DNA of 64,000 nt from Lentisphaeria bacterium (GTDB lineage Bacteria; Verrucomicrobiota; Lentisphaeria; JABSQK01; JAWLHB01): contig JAWLHB010000019.1 of the NCBI GenBank assembly GCA_041690595.1, positions 76,335 through 140,334 on the forward strand, in the 5' to 3' direction. Positions 50,901-60,425 of this stretch are shown in pieces. Below the pieces are notes generated by a model. The model had not been told where the DNA came from. It made no database searches and was given only the letters and a program-made list of their open reading frames with translations. Position numbers and translations under genes: made by a program. Positions within the stretch are counted from its first letter, which is position 1. Each line of letters starts with the position of its first letter.

Positions 50901-52116
50901 GATCCTCCCAAGGGGAGTTGGCAAAGGCGGTGAACAGCACCCGCTCCCGGAACGACGGTGCTCCCGCGGGCCCCCGCGGCGCCACCTCCGAGATCGTGCC
51001 CTCACCTTGGAACAACCCCGGCACGCTCTTCAACCGCGCGAATCCGCCGATGCTGCTCGCCAGCAGAAGCTCCGCTGCCTCCCAACTCTTCGCCAGCGAT
51101 TCCAGACTCTCCGACAGGACCGCCGCGTAACAACTCCAGTCACCCACAACCAGCGCAAACCTGCCGTCATAGTAGAACCGGTCCGCGGCCAGCGCCGAAC
51201 GCTCCACCACCGCCGCCAACTCGGCGATCCCCTGCTCGATCTCCCGCCCGGCCGGCAGCCCCCGCACCCGTGTCGGCTCCCGCTCCATCAGCCGCAGCAG
51301 CGCCCGACCCGCATCCTCCGCTTCGACCCGGTGCGCGTAGACCTTCGCCTGCTCCACCATCAGGTCCGATACATCCTGGCGCCAGATCTCGAGCAGGTTC
51401 TCCGAACTCGCATACTCCCCATAAGCCGCCAGAAGTGGATGCCGTGCCAGGTTGCCCATCGCCTCCTCCCGATTCGGCAGCAGGTAAAGCTCGATCCGCT
51501 GCACGTACAGCGTTGTCGGTGCCTCCAGCTTCAGAAAGCCCCCCTCCAGCGCGTTGTCGAAGCTCATGCCATCCGCCACCACCATCTTCCGGACCAGCCT
51601 CGGCTGGAAAATCGGATCCTTCGAGTACGGATTCCCGGAAAGCTGAAAACGGCCCGATCCACCCTTCTCGGCCCCCAGCCAGGAGAGCGTGATGCTGTTG
51701 TTGCTCCGGTTGCTCTCCGTCGTGTCGTAAACCGTGATCACCAGCGCCACCGGCCCCGCCGCCACCCCCGACAGATTTCTCGTCGCCAGCACCAGCGATG
51801 GCGCCTCGATCCTGGCTCTCCGGCCGGCTGGATCCGTCACCCCGGGAAAGCCCGGATTCGGCATGTCCGCCGGCCATTCCAGCGGCTGTGAGACCGGTGT
51901 GGGCGACAGCTTGGCAAAGCGCCCACCTGCGTACTCCACCACCGTCGGCGCCTCGCCTACGATCTCCAGATTGTACGCCCCCCCTTCCGCAAAATCGATC
52001 CCGGCAAGCGCTTCCGCCAACAATGTCCCTGGCAGCGCCGCCAGCAGCGCCAGCAATGCAGGCAACATCCATGCACCCAATCGTCTCATCCCGAACTGCA
52101 CCTGTCGGCCACTCAT
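47980..52116 (-). CDS. Large secreted GH42/beta-galactosidase-like protein with C-terminal CBM9-like domain
   Basis: Signal peptide; FRRYLEERYGSIESLNASWG (GH42-like); trimerisation-like WVKRGGILI; IDGVAEEW...WDDEHLYL...YTMEVAIP. RBS AGGAG. Confidence 0.75.
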   Translation of the reverse strand: MSGRQVQFGMRRLGAWMLPALLALLAALPGTLLAEALAGIDFAEGGAYNLEIVGEAPTVVEYAGGRFAKLSPTPVSQPLEWPADMPNPGFPGVTDPAGRRARIEAPSLVLATRNLSGVAAGPVALVITVYDTTESNRSNNSITLSWLGAEKGGSGRFQLSGNPYSKDPIFQPRLVRKMVVADGMSFDNALEGGFLKLEAPTTLYVQRIELYLLPNREEAMGNLARHPLLAAYGEYASSENLLEIWRQDVSDLMVEQAKVYAHRVEAEDAGRALLRLMEREPTRVRGLPAGREIEQGIAELAAVVERSALAADRFYYDGRFALVVGDWSCYAAVLSESLESLAKSWEAAELLLASSIGGFARLKSVPGLFQGEGTISEVAPRGPAGAPSFRERVLFTAFANSPWEDRDPYNANGRYLSIFGVETMGYLGGSLAVDEEGKPVAAGLAHLRNRLRNLRANGWDVAPLVGHHEHHVTSLSWAPAWLKKKSADGLWDVDAKGNERKYLWNIWNPDAAAYFHRSIGALAGELKDKPYIQKLYCWTELNGGTGYSQSARSAFRRYLEERYGSIESLNASWGAEYGSFAAIEPPPPAGEVLRTQASGLTYTFEAFRRESFTQWWVEAKKHLKEADPEASMWLEGWGRYDYLPRHGMDQLALFDAADIAGVHTGSLGQDAQRMWQLALSKYSGTPISDGEVNIYGPYYGGFVGMEELRAAAEQHLLLQTFYNVRLFMFWGSQISMFRAYSYGGPYLYDSDFVSPVSSSGAALRIVRQKSDLYDSVIRKTQVVDAQVGLLYSPTTFINSWPYNEFEHEMLPMHGWFYHSDYGYRVVHEDAIGDGREDLYSLRVLIAPWAAWLKPDVATEIAEWVKRGGILISSGPVGAFDEYGRPLKTLLQEALGEVTFSYGGHERLTENRLSSDSIDYLRSLGDYASSHFGGWFWKVEGAEEPKARVDLSLADGTPIVYEGRLGKGKVLVATGPLGKNGLRQYVLNQVAQRVTPLVRKTLDDGFHVVPRRDLHGRLYLAVVNQSVRDTLEEKLTVEGRYRQVTERTLYGDWRVPVELEEGATIIRLRLAPGEGTILMLGHAELVGSGSVTPRQAREAGQSGWSHGEWEMAKARLEGGRLSAPVRAEALALMSASLQAASMGYYERAGLLMEKAVGLRGFTAPFAYPQDRVEAIRATTGVTIDGVAEEWRHVPRYSVKGTESSGGDFAFQWDDEHLYLLVIARDETPRRTEELGGDFNWVWNYDGINLVINAANTAPLTVGGALYDAKYNAGQNALLVSITGRKYGTGPSGFSAASVRSAVREIDGGYTMEVAIPLRDILVAPLAGADVGFNLDLINSGRRQGFAFSSDREDWQWNALNFARLILSAGAGEPSTGAAQ

Positions 52117-52160
52117 TCTACGCTCCTGTTGCGGTGTTCTTCAGCGATGACGACCAGCAC

Positions 52161-52916
52161 TCACTTGGAGATATTGTAGGGCACCCACCAGCCATGCCGC
52201 GGGGCTTTGAGCGACGGATTGTTCCACTCATACTCATTGTAGCGATCGACCCGGTAGTCTGCCAGCAGCGTATTGATGCGAAACTGCGTGTGCCGGAAAA
52301 TCGTGTCGTTCCCGTAAGTCCCCGGATAGCCCGTGCGGAAAGCATAAAGCCCCGCCAGCATGCCGGTACCCCCTTCCTTGTCTCCCGTGCCGTTCTGCCT
52401 GAATTCGCAGTCGAAGAGAATCGGCGCAAAGCTCGGATCCAGTATCCGGCTCTGCCGGATCGGCCCCCATCCCGACGGATTGTACCAGGTGCCATTGGCA
52501 TTGTAGCCCATCCCCTGCTCGATCCCGTACGAGTGGTTCTTCCACACCCCGTCCACCTGCTTGAAGTTCATCGACACGTGCGCCGTAAAGAAATCCACCC
52601 CGGGTGTCCGCGTCCCATCCGCCGGACAGTCCCAGACCGCCATCGGCGTATAGCTGTCCCGTATCATCCGACCGAACAGATTGCGTACATCCGTCCATGT
52701 ATTCCAGTACGACGGTGGCAGTACACTGTCGTTCTCATCCACCAACTGCGCATGACCCAGCCCGATCTGCTTTAAATTGTTCATGCACGCCGTCTCACGC
52801 GCCTTGTTCCGTGCCTGCGACAGCGCCGGCAGCAACATCGACGCCAGGACCGCGATTATCGCCACCACGACCAGCAGCTCGATAAGGGTGAAATAACGCT
52901 CATGTCGACAAGTCAT
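52161..52916 (-). CDS. Prepilin-type N-terminal cleavage/methylation (DUF1559-like) protein
   Basis: [44 protein letters not shown]-terminal [16 protein letters not shown]. Confidence 0.92.
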   Translation of the reverse strand: MTCRHERYFTLIELLVVVAIIAVLASMLLPALSQARNKARETACMNNLKQIGLGHAQLVDENDSVLPPSYWNTWTDVRNLFGRMIRDSYTPMAVWDCPADGTRTPGVDFFTAHVSMNFKQVDGVWKNHSYGIEQGMGYNANGTWYNPSGWGPIRQSRILDPSFAPILFDCEFRQNGTGDKEGGTGMLAGLYAFRTGYPGTYGNDTIFRHTQFRINTLLADYRVDRYNEYEWNNPSLKAPRHGWWVPYNISK

Positions 52917-53003
52917 GGCTCTTAACCTCAATTTCCATGGTTCCTTCATCCCGCGCATCGCGAAGTCGATACCCGAATCACACGTCCAGACAACACTCCT
53001 TCA

Positions 53004-53032
53004 AGTCTATCGGCTTAAACCGCGGTATACAA
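53004..53032 (-). promoter_or_regulatory. Putative promoter of the second prepilin module
   Basis: Minus strand TTGTAT-N17-TAGACT. Confidence 0.5.
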
Positions 53033-53046
53033 ACCACCCCGCAAAA

Positions 53047-53212
53047 AGCATCGAGGGGTCTGGGGAGGTGCGCCTCCCCAGCGGGGTCCGGGGCGGCGCC
53101 CCGCCGATCGTCCCCGCGTCTCACCTATCCTCCTGGTCAAGAGCATCGAGGGGTCTGGGGAGGTGCGCCTCCCCAGCGGGGGCCGGGGCAGCGCCCCGCC
53201 GATCGTCCCCGC
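53047..53212. repeat. Two 71-bp direct repeats with internal hairpins (REP-like)
   Basis: Units 53047-53117 and 53142-53212 with 2 mismatches. Hairpins CTGGGGAGG-TGCG-CCTCCCCAG and CGGGGC-nnn-GCCCCG. Confidence 0.9.
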
Positions 53213-53225
53213 CTCCCCCTCTCCA

Positions 53226-54146
53226 TCAGCTCAGCAGGCGCGCCACCAGATCGTCGGCGAAGGCTTCGTAATCCTGCCATTCCAGCGCCACCTCGAAAGG
53301 CTGCCCGGCGGCCGCCTCCCGCGTGTACCCTTCGTCATCCACCGCCACCCGCATGCTCTGCATCTTCAGCCAACGGGTCGTGTGCGCCAGGTGAACCGCC
53401 ACGCAGTCAAAAAGCACCGACGTATGTTGCGCGAACTCGGCACTCTCCCCCGACCAGATCCTGTAGTTCTCGATCACCGCCCGCATCAGCGGATCGCTCG
53501 ACTCGCGAAGACGCCGGTAGCGCTCCCCGTCGAGCACCACCCGCGCGCAGGTGTCCAGCGGCGTAATCGTCGCCTGCCGCCAAGGCGCCGAAAAGACCGT
53601 CTGCGCCGACGCCACATCGCAGAGCACATTCCATTCCGGCCGCTCACCCGGCTCCATGCTCAGCCGAACATTGGTGCCGATGTGCCAGTGAAAGCTGCCA
53701 TGCATCCCCACGAAGCGGCACCGTGTCGCCAATCGCGGCTCCCGCCGCAGCGCCTCCGCGATGTTCGGCACGGGCCCGATACAGATCAGTGTCATCGGCT
53801 CTTCACTGCTCATCGCCGTCTCGATGATGGCCTCCACCGCATCCCCATGCACCCGCCCCGGATACCCCGCCAGATCATACTCCTCTACCCATGCCGACTG
53901 CCGTTTGTGCGTCGGGCGACCCACATTCGGGATGCCGATCCCCACCGGCACATCGCTGCGCCCGGCAACCTCCAGCAGGCGCGCGATCAGCTTGGCGCGA
54001 TAGGTCGTGTCCGCCGTATCGGCCGCCACCAGCTTCAAATCCAGCTCCGGCGACTTGAGCAGCAACGCCAGTGCCCACGTATCGTCGATATCGTCGCCGA
54101 TATCCGTATCCAGTATGACCGGTATGCGCTTCATGATACCACCCAT
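53226..54146 (-). CDS. Inosine/uridine-preferring nucleoside hydrolase family protein
   Basis: ILDTDIGDDIDD, IGPVPN, EWNV, PLD, LFD. RBS AAGGAGG before ATG 54146. Confidence 0.9.
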   Translation of the reverse strand: MGGIMKRIPVILDTDIGDDIDDTWALALLLKSPELDLKLVAADTADTTYRAKLIARLLEVAGRSDVPVGIGIPNVGRPTHKRQSAWVEEYDLAGYPGRVHGDAVEAIIETAMSSEEPMTLICIGPVPNIAEALRREPRLATRCRFVGMHGSFHWHIGTNVRLSMEPGERPEWNVLCDVASAQTVFSAPWRQATITPLDTCARVVLDGERYRRLRESSDPLMRAVIENYRIWSGESAEFAQHTSVLFDCVAVHLAHTTRWLKMQSMRVAVDDEGYTREAAAGQPFEVALEWQDYEAFADDLVARLLS

Positions 54147-54211
54147 AATAACCTCCTTTTCCACTTCTTCCACTTCTTCCACTCCGCGTCCCCGCCTCTC
54201 CGCGTCTGCCC

Positions 54212-57200
54212 TCAATGCGCCGGCCGATCCACCTCGATCTCTCCCCATTGACCGATCCCCAGCGTCGCTTCCGACGGGATGTCGTTGACGATCCCCGTCG
54301 CCTGGTTGAAGCGGTAGATGCGCGCCACCCGCCGCCCCGTCCGATCCGCCACGATGATCCCCGCATCCCCTTGCAGAATCCGCCCGGGCCAGATGAAGTC
54401 ATGCACCAGCGCCCGCGTCGGCACCGCAGCCTCCACACGATAGCCGTCCAGCGTCTCCACGATTGCCACCGTTGCACCCTCGATCACTTCCACCTGGTCG
54501 AAATTCACCGCCCGTACCGGAGAGCGGAACGCCACCGGCTGCGTGGCGCCCACCACCTTCGCCCGATAGACGACCGCCACCCCTTTCCCATTGTGCCGCG
54601 CCAGCAGCAGCCGCGTATCCCCGATTATCGGCTCCTTCCGATCCGCCCGCGCTGCCGGGTCCGCTGCAAACTGCAAGTCGACCGCATCGCCACTCAGGAA
54701 AAGTTGCAGCGGATCTTGTCCATCGTTGATGTAGCCCCCCGCCTTGATCACCTCCCACGCCAGGTAAATGTGATCCTTGCCGCTCGCCAGCATCACTCGC
54801 GCCCGGGGCTCCCCGTCCAGTGGACCGATCGTCGCGGCGCTGCTCAGATCCCAATCGTCCAGCTCCCCGTCGATCACCGGCGGTGTCTCGTGAATGACCA
54901 TGCGAATGGGGGCCGCCCCCGCCATCTGCCGGGAACGCTCCGCCAGCCGCTGGGCCGCCAGCGCCGACTCCGTTTCGCTCAGGCTGAAATCCGCGCTGAA
55001 GCGCCGCACACTCTCCAGACCCGTTACCTGCATCAGGTGATGCGCATTCTTGCCGTGCGCCAGGATGATCCGGCCGTCCTCCAACTGGTTGAGGTACTGC
55101 ACCGTCTCCCCACGATAAACATCCGGACCCGGTTCGCCGCCGGCGCTCGGATCCCGCAGCAGGCGACCCAGAAAGAGACCGTCCGTCGTCATCAGCGGCA
55201 CATGCCCACCGTGCCACTGGCTCAGCCCGAAGATCTCGCCCACCTCACCACCCGCGTTCACCGGCCCGAGAAAACCCTCGCCATTGATGTTGCCCATCGG
55301 TCGCACATCGCGATGAGTCGGGTACCGCCAGAGCAGCTTTCCCTCCGCGCTGTACCCTCGCAACGCGGGCTGGAAGCCCGGCTTCACCCACTCTCCCTGC
55401 TGATTGGTGAAGACCTGTCCGCGACTGTCCGCCGTCACCGCCACCAGCCGTTCCGCCGGCACCACCAGCAGGCTCCGCTTCGCCAGCTCGTAACGCGGTA
55501 CGCCCTGATCCGTCCACCCCTGTAGCGCAAAGCGCCAGATATGCCCCTTGCCCGTGTGGCTCGCCAGCGTCACGCTCATGTCCGGTCCGATTCTCCCCGG
55601 CCCCCAGTGCAGCCCAAGGCACGGAAAATCCTCCGTCTGCTTTTCCCACTCGAACTCCTCCACCTGCACCCGCCCGTCGCCATTCGCATCGGTCCAGACG
55701 AAATTTTCCCCGGCATGCTCTCTGAAGAACGCCGGCACGAAGGTGTGGCGCCACCACCACTTCTCCGGCGGAATCACCAGCGGATTGTCACCCCGGTTAA
55801 AGACCCCGCCAATCGCCGCGCATGGCTGCCAGGTGTTGTCCTCCCGCCAGATCCCGATCACCATGATCCCCATCGCGCTGTTGAAGATGAAACGCTTCCC
55901 TTCCCCTTCCGCAAAACCATGATTATGCCCCCAGCCCCCGTGCAGCCCGAAAATCTGATCCTCGTGCAGCCGCCGCCACATCGTCGAAATCGGCCGGTAA
56001 CCCTCATGCTCCAGGTCGATCGCGTGCAGATTCCCCAAGCTGATCGCCTGCCCCGGATTCCGCGGATCGATCATGCCACCACGCGTCGCGCCATACGTCG
56101 TCCCACCCACAAACTCCCGGATCAACTCCCCGCTCGCCGCATTCCAGACGCTGATCCGCCGCGGATAGTTGTCATCCTCGCATACCCACAACTGCCCTTG
56201 CGCATCGATGTCGATGCCGCGCGGCAGCAGCATCCCAGTAGAATCGTACGCCCCCAGGATCGGGCGCCCCCCAGCCTTGCCGATCGTTCGCAGCGCCTTG
56301 CCGGCCCCGTCGAAGACCGCCACGTTGTGGCTCCCGCCCCATTGTGACACATGGATGTTACCGGCTGCGTCCAGCGCCAGATCCACCGGTGCATCCAGTC
56401 CCGCGCCGATTACCGGCATCATCTTGCCGTCCGCGACCGCAATGGCCACCACGCTGTTGCCGCTGATCGCCAGCAGGCGCCCATCCGCCGCGAAGGCCAA
56501 CCCCGCCGGCTTCGGAATCTCCCACCGCGCGACCTCCTCGAAGGTATCCACGTTGAAGACCACGATCTGTTGCGGGATACGCAGGCTCACATAGAGCTTG
56601 CCATCCCGGGCCGCCAGCCCGCTCAGATTGGCGCTCGTGCTCCGGCCGCTGAAGTAGTAGTCGTCGTGGAGGCCGTGGTTGTCCAGGTCATGATGCCCAT
56701 CCTGCCAGAGTTGCCAATCCCAGTGCAGCGGCACCTGGCCGGTGTCATGTTCGGCTATCGTGCGATACGGCTGGTCGATGGTGAAGCCCCGGCGATGCCC
56801 GCTCTCCCGATCCAGACAGGCGATGATCGTCTTGAAGTAGGCCAGCTCCGTCTGTTCCTTGCTGCGCCCACGGTCGGCGGCAGCCACGATGTCGCTGGCA
56901 AAATAGAGGTAGCGTCCATCGCTGGCCAGCGCCGCCGTGCCGGCGCCGGAAGGGTAGGGCGTCTGGAAGAAGCTCCACCGCTTCCTCCCCTCGAAATCGC
57001 ACCCGATGATCCCGTTTCCGTCTTCCGCGGCAGGCCAGGCCAGGTAGACGCCCAGCTCGTCGGCCGCGACCGCCTGCGGTGGGCAGTGATCGCCTCCCCA
57101 TTCCCCCGTGCCGTCGTACGTCTGCCAGCTCGGGTGGCCCGGATTCATGTACGACATCAGGTAATCAAGCCCGATGCCCGTATGATGCAGGCCGCGCACG

Positions 57201-58804
57201 CGATAAGCTCCGGCCGGAACGGGCTCCCCTTCATCGTTCAGCCCATCCCACTCCGTCAGTGGCTGCCCCGCCGCCAGCTTCCGGTGCGCCAGCAGACGCC
57301 GCACCCGCTCGCCCTCGCTCGTCTCGATGACGGCCGTATAGAAACCCTCCCGCGGCGTCGTGAACGGCACCGCCATGATGCCGCTCAATGGCGCCAGCGA
57401 CGCATTGACGATGAAGGGCAGCCGATTCCGCTCGATGCCGCTGAAGAAGAGATCCAGAATGGTCCGGAAGCTCTCCCCCTCCTTCAGCGCGCTCCCATTC
57501 GTCGTGATCAGGCTCCACGGCAGGAAGATCTCCTGCGTGTAGCCATCCGTCAGCGGCTCGATCGCCATTCTGGCCCCTTCCTTCAGCGCATCCGGAAGAT
57601 TGCCCTCCGTGAACTTGGCCCCATAGCCGATCGTCATCGCCGGCCGCCATCCGCCCGTATGGAACCATGTATCGATGTGGCTCACCCGGTCCGTCCCCAG
57701 CCGGATCTGGATCGCATCCCCACCGTCGTAACCCCGGTTGAGCCGCGCCGGATTGTTGATGTTCAGATGCGATCCGCCCGAGTACCAGCGCAGCCCCACA
57801 TACAGCCCCGCCTCGTCATACGCCCAATGCACCCGCGTCTCGTAGCGTTGCGGAAAAAGCGACGGCTCCGACGCGATCGTCGTCCCGCTCTCCAGCGGCC
57901 ATTCCCCCGCACCCAGCCGGCCGTCGATCTCGATCCCTTCCGCCGGTACCGCGATCATTGCCGTCGTCCGCGTTCGCTCATTCCCCATGTAGAGCACCGC
58001 CGGATTCGCCGGCGCCCGCGCGCCCTTCTCTTTCAGCATCACCACCGCCCCATTCGCCGGATCGAACCCCGGATTCACCACCCCTTCATCCCGGATCCCG
58101 TCCACAAAGCCCCAGCAGATATTCCCGCCCCACCGGCTGCCTGATGTCCCCTGCGCCGCCAACTCCTCCAGCCATTGCCGATACCCCGCCGTCAGGTCGA
58201 TCCCCCCGAAGACCAGCTCCACCCCCAGGCGCAGCTTCGCATCCGCCGACGGCCGCCCCCCGATCGCTTCCCACGGCAGCCGCACCTCCTGCGTATAGCT
58301 GCTCGCCCCCGTACGCGAAAAGCCCTGGGTCACAGAGGTCAGCGCTTCCCCCTGCGCCAGCTGCACCCGTCCCACGCTGCCCAGCGCCTGCGCCGCCTCG
58401 TCCTGCGGCACCTTCCAGAGCGCTACATGGTGCACCTTGCCCCGTTGCGGGATATGCAGGATCAGCCCATCCGTCGCCGGCGCCACGCCCGGCGTCACCT
58501 CCACCCCCAGCGGCGTCGGGTCCTGCCACCAGGCCGCCACGTAGAGCGCCTCCGCGTCATGACGGAAGGCAACCCGCGCCGTATATCCATCGAAGGCCCC
58601 CATCCCGTGGCCCGCATTTCCCGGGTTGCCCGTCGTCAGCAGGATCCCTTCCGACTCGTCCCACTCGGTCAACTTGCCATCCACCACGATGGCGCCACCC
58701 GCGGCCGGAATCACCGCCTCGCTCCCCACCACCCGATTGCGCCCACCTCCCGCAAGCCCCACAAGCGGCAGAAACAGCACCAGAAAAAGTGATAAACGAC
58801 CCAT
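54212..58804 (-). CDS. Giant secreted multidomain protein (three CBM9/DOMON-like domains, FlgD-Ig, NHL beta-propeller)
   Basis: Signal peptide; VDGKLTEW, IDGRLGAGEW, IDGELDDW; WDGLNDEGEPVPAGAY; PRGIDIDAQGQLWV. Confidence 0.78.
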   Translation of the reverse strand: MGRLSLFLVLFLPLVGLAGGGRNRVVGSEAVIPAAGGAIVVDGKLTEWDESEGILLTTGNPGNAGHGMGAFDGYTARVAFRHDAEALYVAAWWQDPTPLGVEVTPGVAPATDGLILHIPQRGKVHHVALWKVPQDEAAQALGSVGRVQLAQGEALTSVTQGFSRTGASSYTQEVRLPWEAIGGRPSADAKLRLGVELVFGGIDLTAGYRQWLEELAAQGTSGSRWGGNICWGFVDGIRDEGVVNPGFDPANGAVVMLKEKGARAPANPAVLYMGNERTRTTAMIAVPAEGIEIDGRLGAGEWPLESGTTIASEPSLFPQRYETRVHWAYDEAGLYVGLRWYSGGSHLNINNPARLNRGYDGGDAIQIRLGTDRVSHIDTWFHTGGWRPAMTIGYGAKFTEGNLPDALKEGARMAIEPLTDGYTQEIFLPWSLITTNGSALKEGESFRTILDLFFSGIERNRLPFIVNASLAPLSGIMAVPFTTPREGFYTAVIETSEGERVRRLLAHRKLAAGQPLTEWDGLNDEGEPVPAGAYRVRGLHHTGIGLDYLMSYMNPGHPSWQTYDGTGEWGGDHCPPQAVAADELGVYLAWPAAEDGNGIIGCDFEGRKRWSFFQTPYPSGAGTAALASDGRYLYFASDIVAAADRGRSKEQTELAYFKTIIACLDRESGHRRGFTIDQPYRTIAEHDTGQVPLHWDWQLWQDGHHDLDNHGLHDDYYFSGRSTSANLSGLAARDGKLYVSLRIPQQIVVFNVDTFEEVARWEIPKPAGLAFAADGRLLAISGNSVVAIAVADGKMMPVIGAGLDAPVDLALDAAGNIHVSQWGGSHNVAVFDGAGKALRTIGKAGGRPILGAYDSTGMLLPRGIDIDAQGQLWVCEDDNYPRRISVWNAASGELIREFVGGTTYGATRGGMIDPRNPGQAISLGNLHAIDLEHEGYRPISTMWRRLHEDQIFGLHGGWGHNHGFAEGEGKRFIFNSAMGIMVIGIWREDNTWQPCAAIGGVFNRGDNPLVIPPEKWWWRHTFVPAFFREHAGENFVWTDANGDGRVQVEEFEWEKQTEDFPCLGLHWGPGRIGPDMSVTLASHTGKGHIWRFALQGWTDQGVPRYELAKRSLLVVPAERLVAVTADSRGQVFTNQQGEWVKPGFQPALRGYSAEGKLLWRYPTHRDVRPMGNINGEGFLGPVNAGGEVGEIFGLSQWHGGHVPLMTTDGLFLGRLLRDPSAGGEPGPDVYRGETVQYLNQLEDGRIILAHGKNAHHLMQVTGLESVRRFSADFSLSETESALAAQRLAERSRQMAGAAPIRMVIHETPPVIDGELDDWDLSSAATIGPLDGEPRARVMLASGKDHIYLAWEVIKAGGYINDGQDPLQLFLSGDAVDLQFAADPAARADRKEPIIGDTRLLLARHNGKGVAVVYRAKVVGATQPVAFRSPVRAVNFDQVEVIEGATVAIVETLDGYRVEAAVPTRALVHDFIWPGRILQGDAGIIVADRTGRRVARIYRFNQATGIVNDIPSEATLGIGQWGEIEVDRPAH

Positions 58805-58806
58805 GA

Positions 58807-59541
58807 TTACTCCTCCAGAATGATCCTGATATTGTCAAAAGCAAGGGCGCCCGGCGCGCGAGCATGACCGCCCGGCAGCAACCCGTCGAGACGAAGTCCA
58901 ACAAAGCGCGTCGACCCGGCAGTGTGCCACGGGATCGCCACCGCGGCACCGTCGTCAAGACGCACCTCGCAGTGACGCTCCGGTACGTCGATCAGCACCT
59001 CCACGCGAATCGGCGTCGACGGCTGGTAACGCCCAATCTCCGTCTTGCCGAAATGCATGCTCCCATCCTCCGAAAAGGTGATCTCTCCCACCCCCATCAG
59101 GGCAATGCCCCCCATCCGGGTCACATTGAGCATGCTCACCTCCAGCGACACCCGGTACCGCCTGCCGACCGCCCCGATGGCATGAGGGATGGAGAAGGTC
59201 ATGCGCGGCCCCCAGTGCGGCTGCCGCCCATCCGGTGCCGTGAAGACGATCGGCTGCTCCTTCAGCCCCAGCCCTGCCTCCCGCACCAGCGCCGTCCGGT
59301 CCCGCGTCACGAAATCCAATTGCGTGTAGCTTCGCCATGGTAGCGTCCGCCAGGGATCGCGGGCCACCCCTTCCAGCCACGCCTTGTCCGCCCGTTGCGG
59401 CGTCTGCCCCACCTCCTGGTCGCTCCAGTCCACGTCAAAGACCGTCAGCGGCAGGCTCACCCCGGCCGGCAACTCCGCGCCCCGCGCCGTGCTCGCCACC
59501 GCCACCGCCAGCGCCAGCAGCAATGCCCATCTGCCCGTCAC
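58807..59541 (-). CDS. Secreted hypothetical protein (probable beta-sandwich)
   Basis: Signal peptide ending ARG; ends FDNIRI. GTG start overlaps the prepilin stop. Confidence 0.7.
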   Translation of the reverse strand: MTGRWALLLALAVAVASTARGAELPAGVSLPLTVFDVDWSDQEVGQTPQRADKAWLEGVARDPWRTLPWRSYTQLDFVTRDRTALVREAGLGLKEQPIVFTAPDGRQPHWGPRMTFSIPHAIGAVGRRYRVSLEVSMLNVTRMGGIALMGVGEITFSEDGSMHFGKTEIGRYQPSTPIRVEVLIDVPERHCEVRLDDGAAVAIPWHTAGSTRFVGLRLDGLLPGGHARAPGALAFDNIRIILEE

Positions 59542-60263
59542 TGCGAACCATACCCGTAGAAAGGTCCCTTCACATTTGGTATCTCCAGGAAGGTCAGATC
59601 ACCCGCGTGCCCATCCACGTACACGAAGTTGAGCTTGCCCGCGTGACGCACCGTCGCCGCCAGCCAGCGCGTCTTCGTCTGCGCTATACCCTGATGCATG
59701 CGAAAGTAAACATGATCCGTGATCATGAAGGTCGACGACGGCTCCTTGATCAGTTGCTCACGAACCATCGTCGTACCGTAGACTCCCGCCCCCGACCCCC
59801 ATGTTCCCGGCGTCGTCACCGAATTGCTCGCCACACCGTTGATCCCATATTGACGCTGATCGGCGCTGCCATTCTGAAAGGGGCAGTACAGAACCCACTC
59901 CGGCGCGATGCCCCAGCCATACGTATTCCCCCCGTAACGCAGATCCGACATGCTCCAATCCGTGTAGATCTCCGCCCCCACCGCCGCCGTCCAGTAGGCA
60001 TAGCCCGCCTGCGCGCTCGGATGCTTCGGCACATCCAGCGTCTTGTCGATGGCCGCCGGCGGCAGCGTCTGGTCCGAATGCTCCGCATAGCTGAACGCCG
60101 CCATCCCGACCTGCTTCAGATTGTTGATGCAGCTCGCCGACGTCGCCAGCGTCCGCGCCCGGCTCAGCGCGGGAAGCAGAAGGCTCGCCAGAATGGCGAT
60201 GATCGCCACCACCACCAGCAACTCGATCAGGGTGAAGTTACGCCGGTTCTTCACTGCATGCAT
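59538..60263 (-). CDS. Prepilin-type N-terminal cleavage/methylation protein with H-X9-DG domain (DUF1559-like)
   Basis: [65 protein letters not shown]. Confidence 0.93.
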   Translation of the reverse strand: MHAVKNRRNFTLIELLVVVAIIAILASLLLPALSRARTLATSASCINNLKQVGMAAFSYAEHSDQTLPPAAIDKTLDVPKHPSAQAGYAYWTAAVGAEIYTDWSMSDLRYGGNTYGWGIAPEWVLYCPFQNGSADQRQYGINGVASNSVTTPGTWGSGAGVYGTTMVREQLIKEPSSTFMITDHVYFRMHQGIAQTKTRWLAATVRHAGKLNFVYVDGHAGDLTFLEIPNVKGPFYGYGSQ

Positions 60264-60425
60264 GGGCTCTGCCTCCTCTTCTGAGTTGGTATCTTTACCT
60301 GTCCCAATCCCTACTCTAACCAATCAACTACCACCATACAAGTGCTTCTTCCTCCGCAATTCATGTCTTTAACTTGTATCTTTTCGGGAGCGAGGTAGGG
60401 TACCTCATTACCAGGAAAAAGTCCC

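Noticed and set aside
48472..51891. Long + strand ORFs (also 8452-10266, 10493-13249, 14771-16642, 27262-29169, 32039-34009, 45671-48094, 56351-58144, and minus 24660-26792)
   Set aside because: Antisense shadows of well-supported genes in GC-rich DNA; Arg/Pro/His-rich with no motifs.
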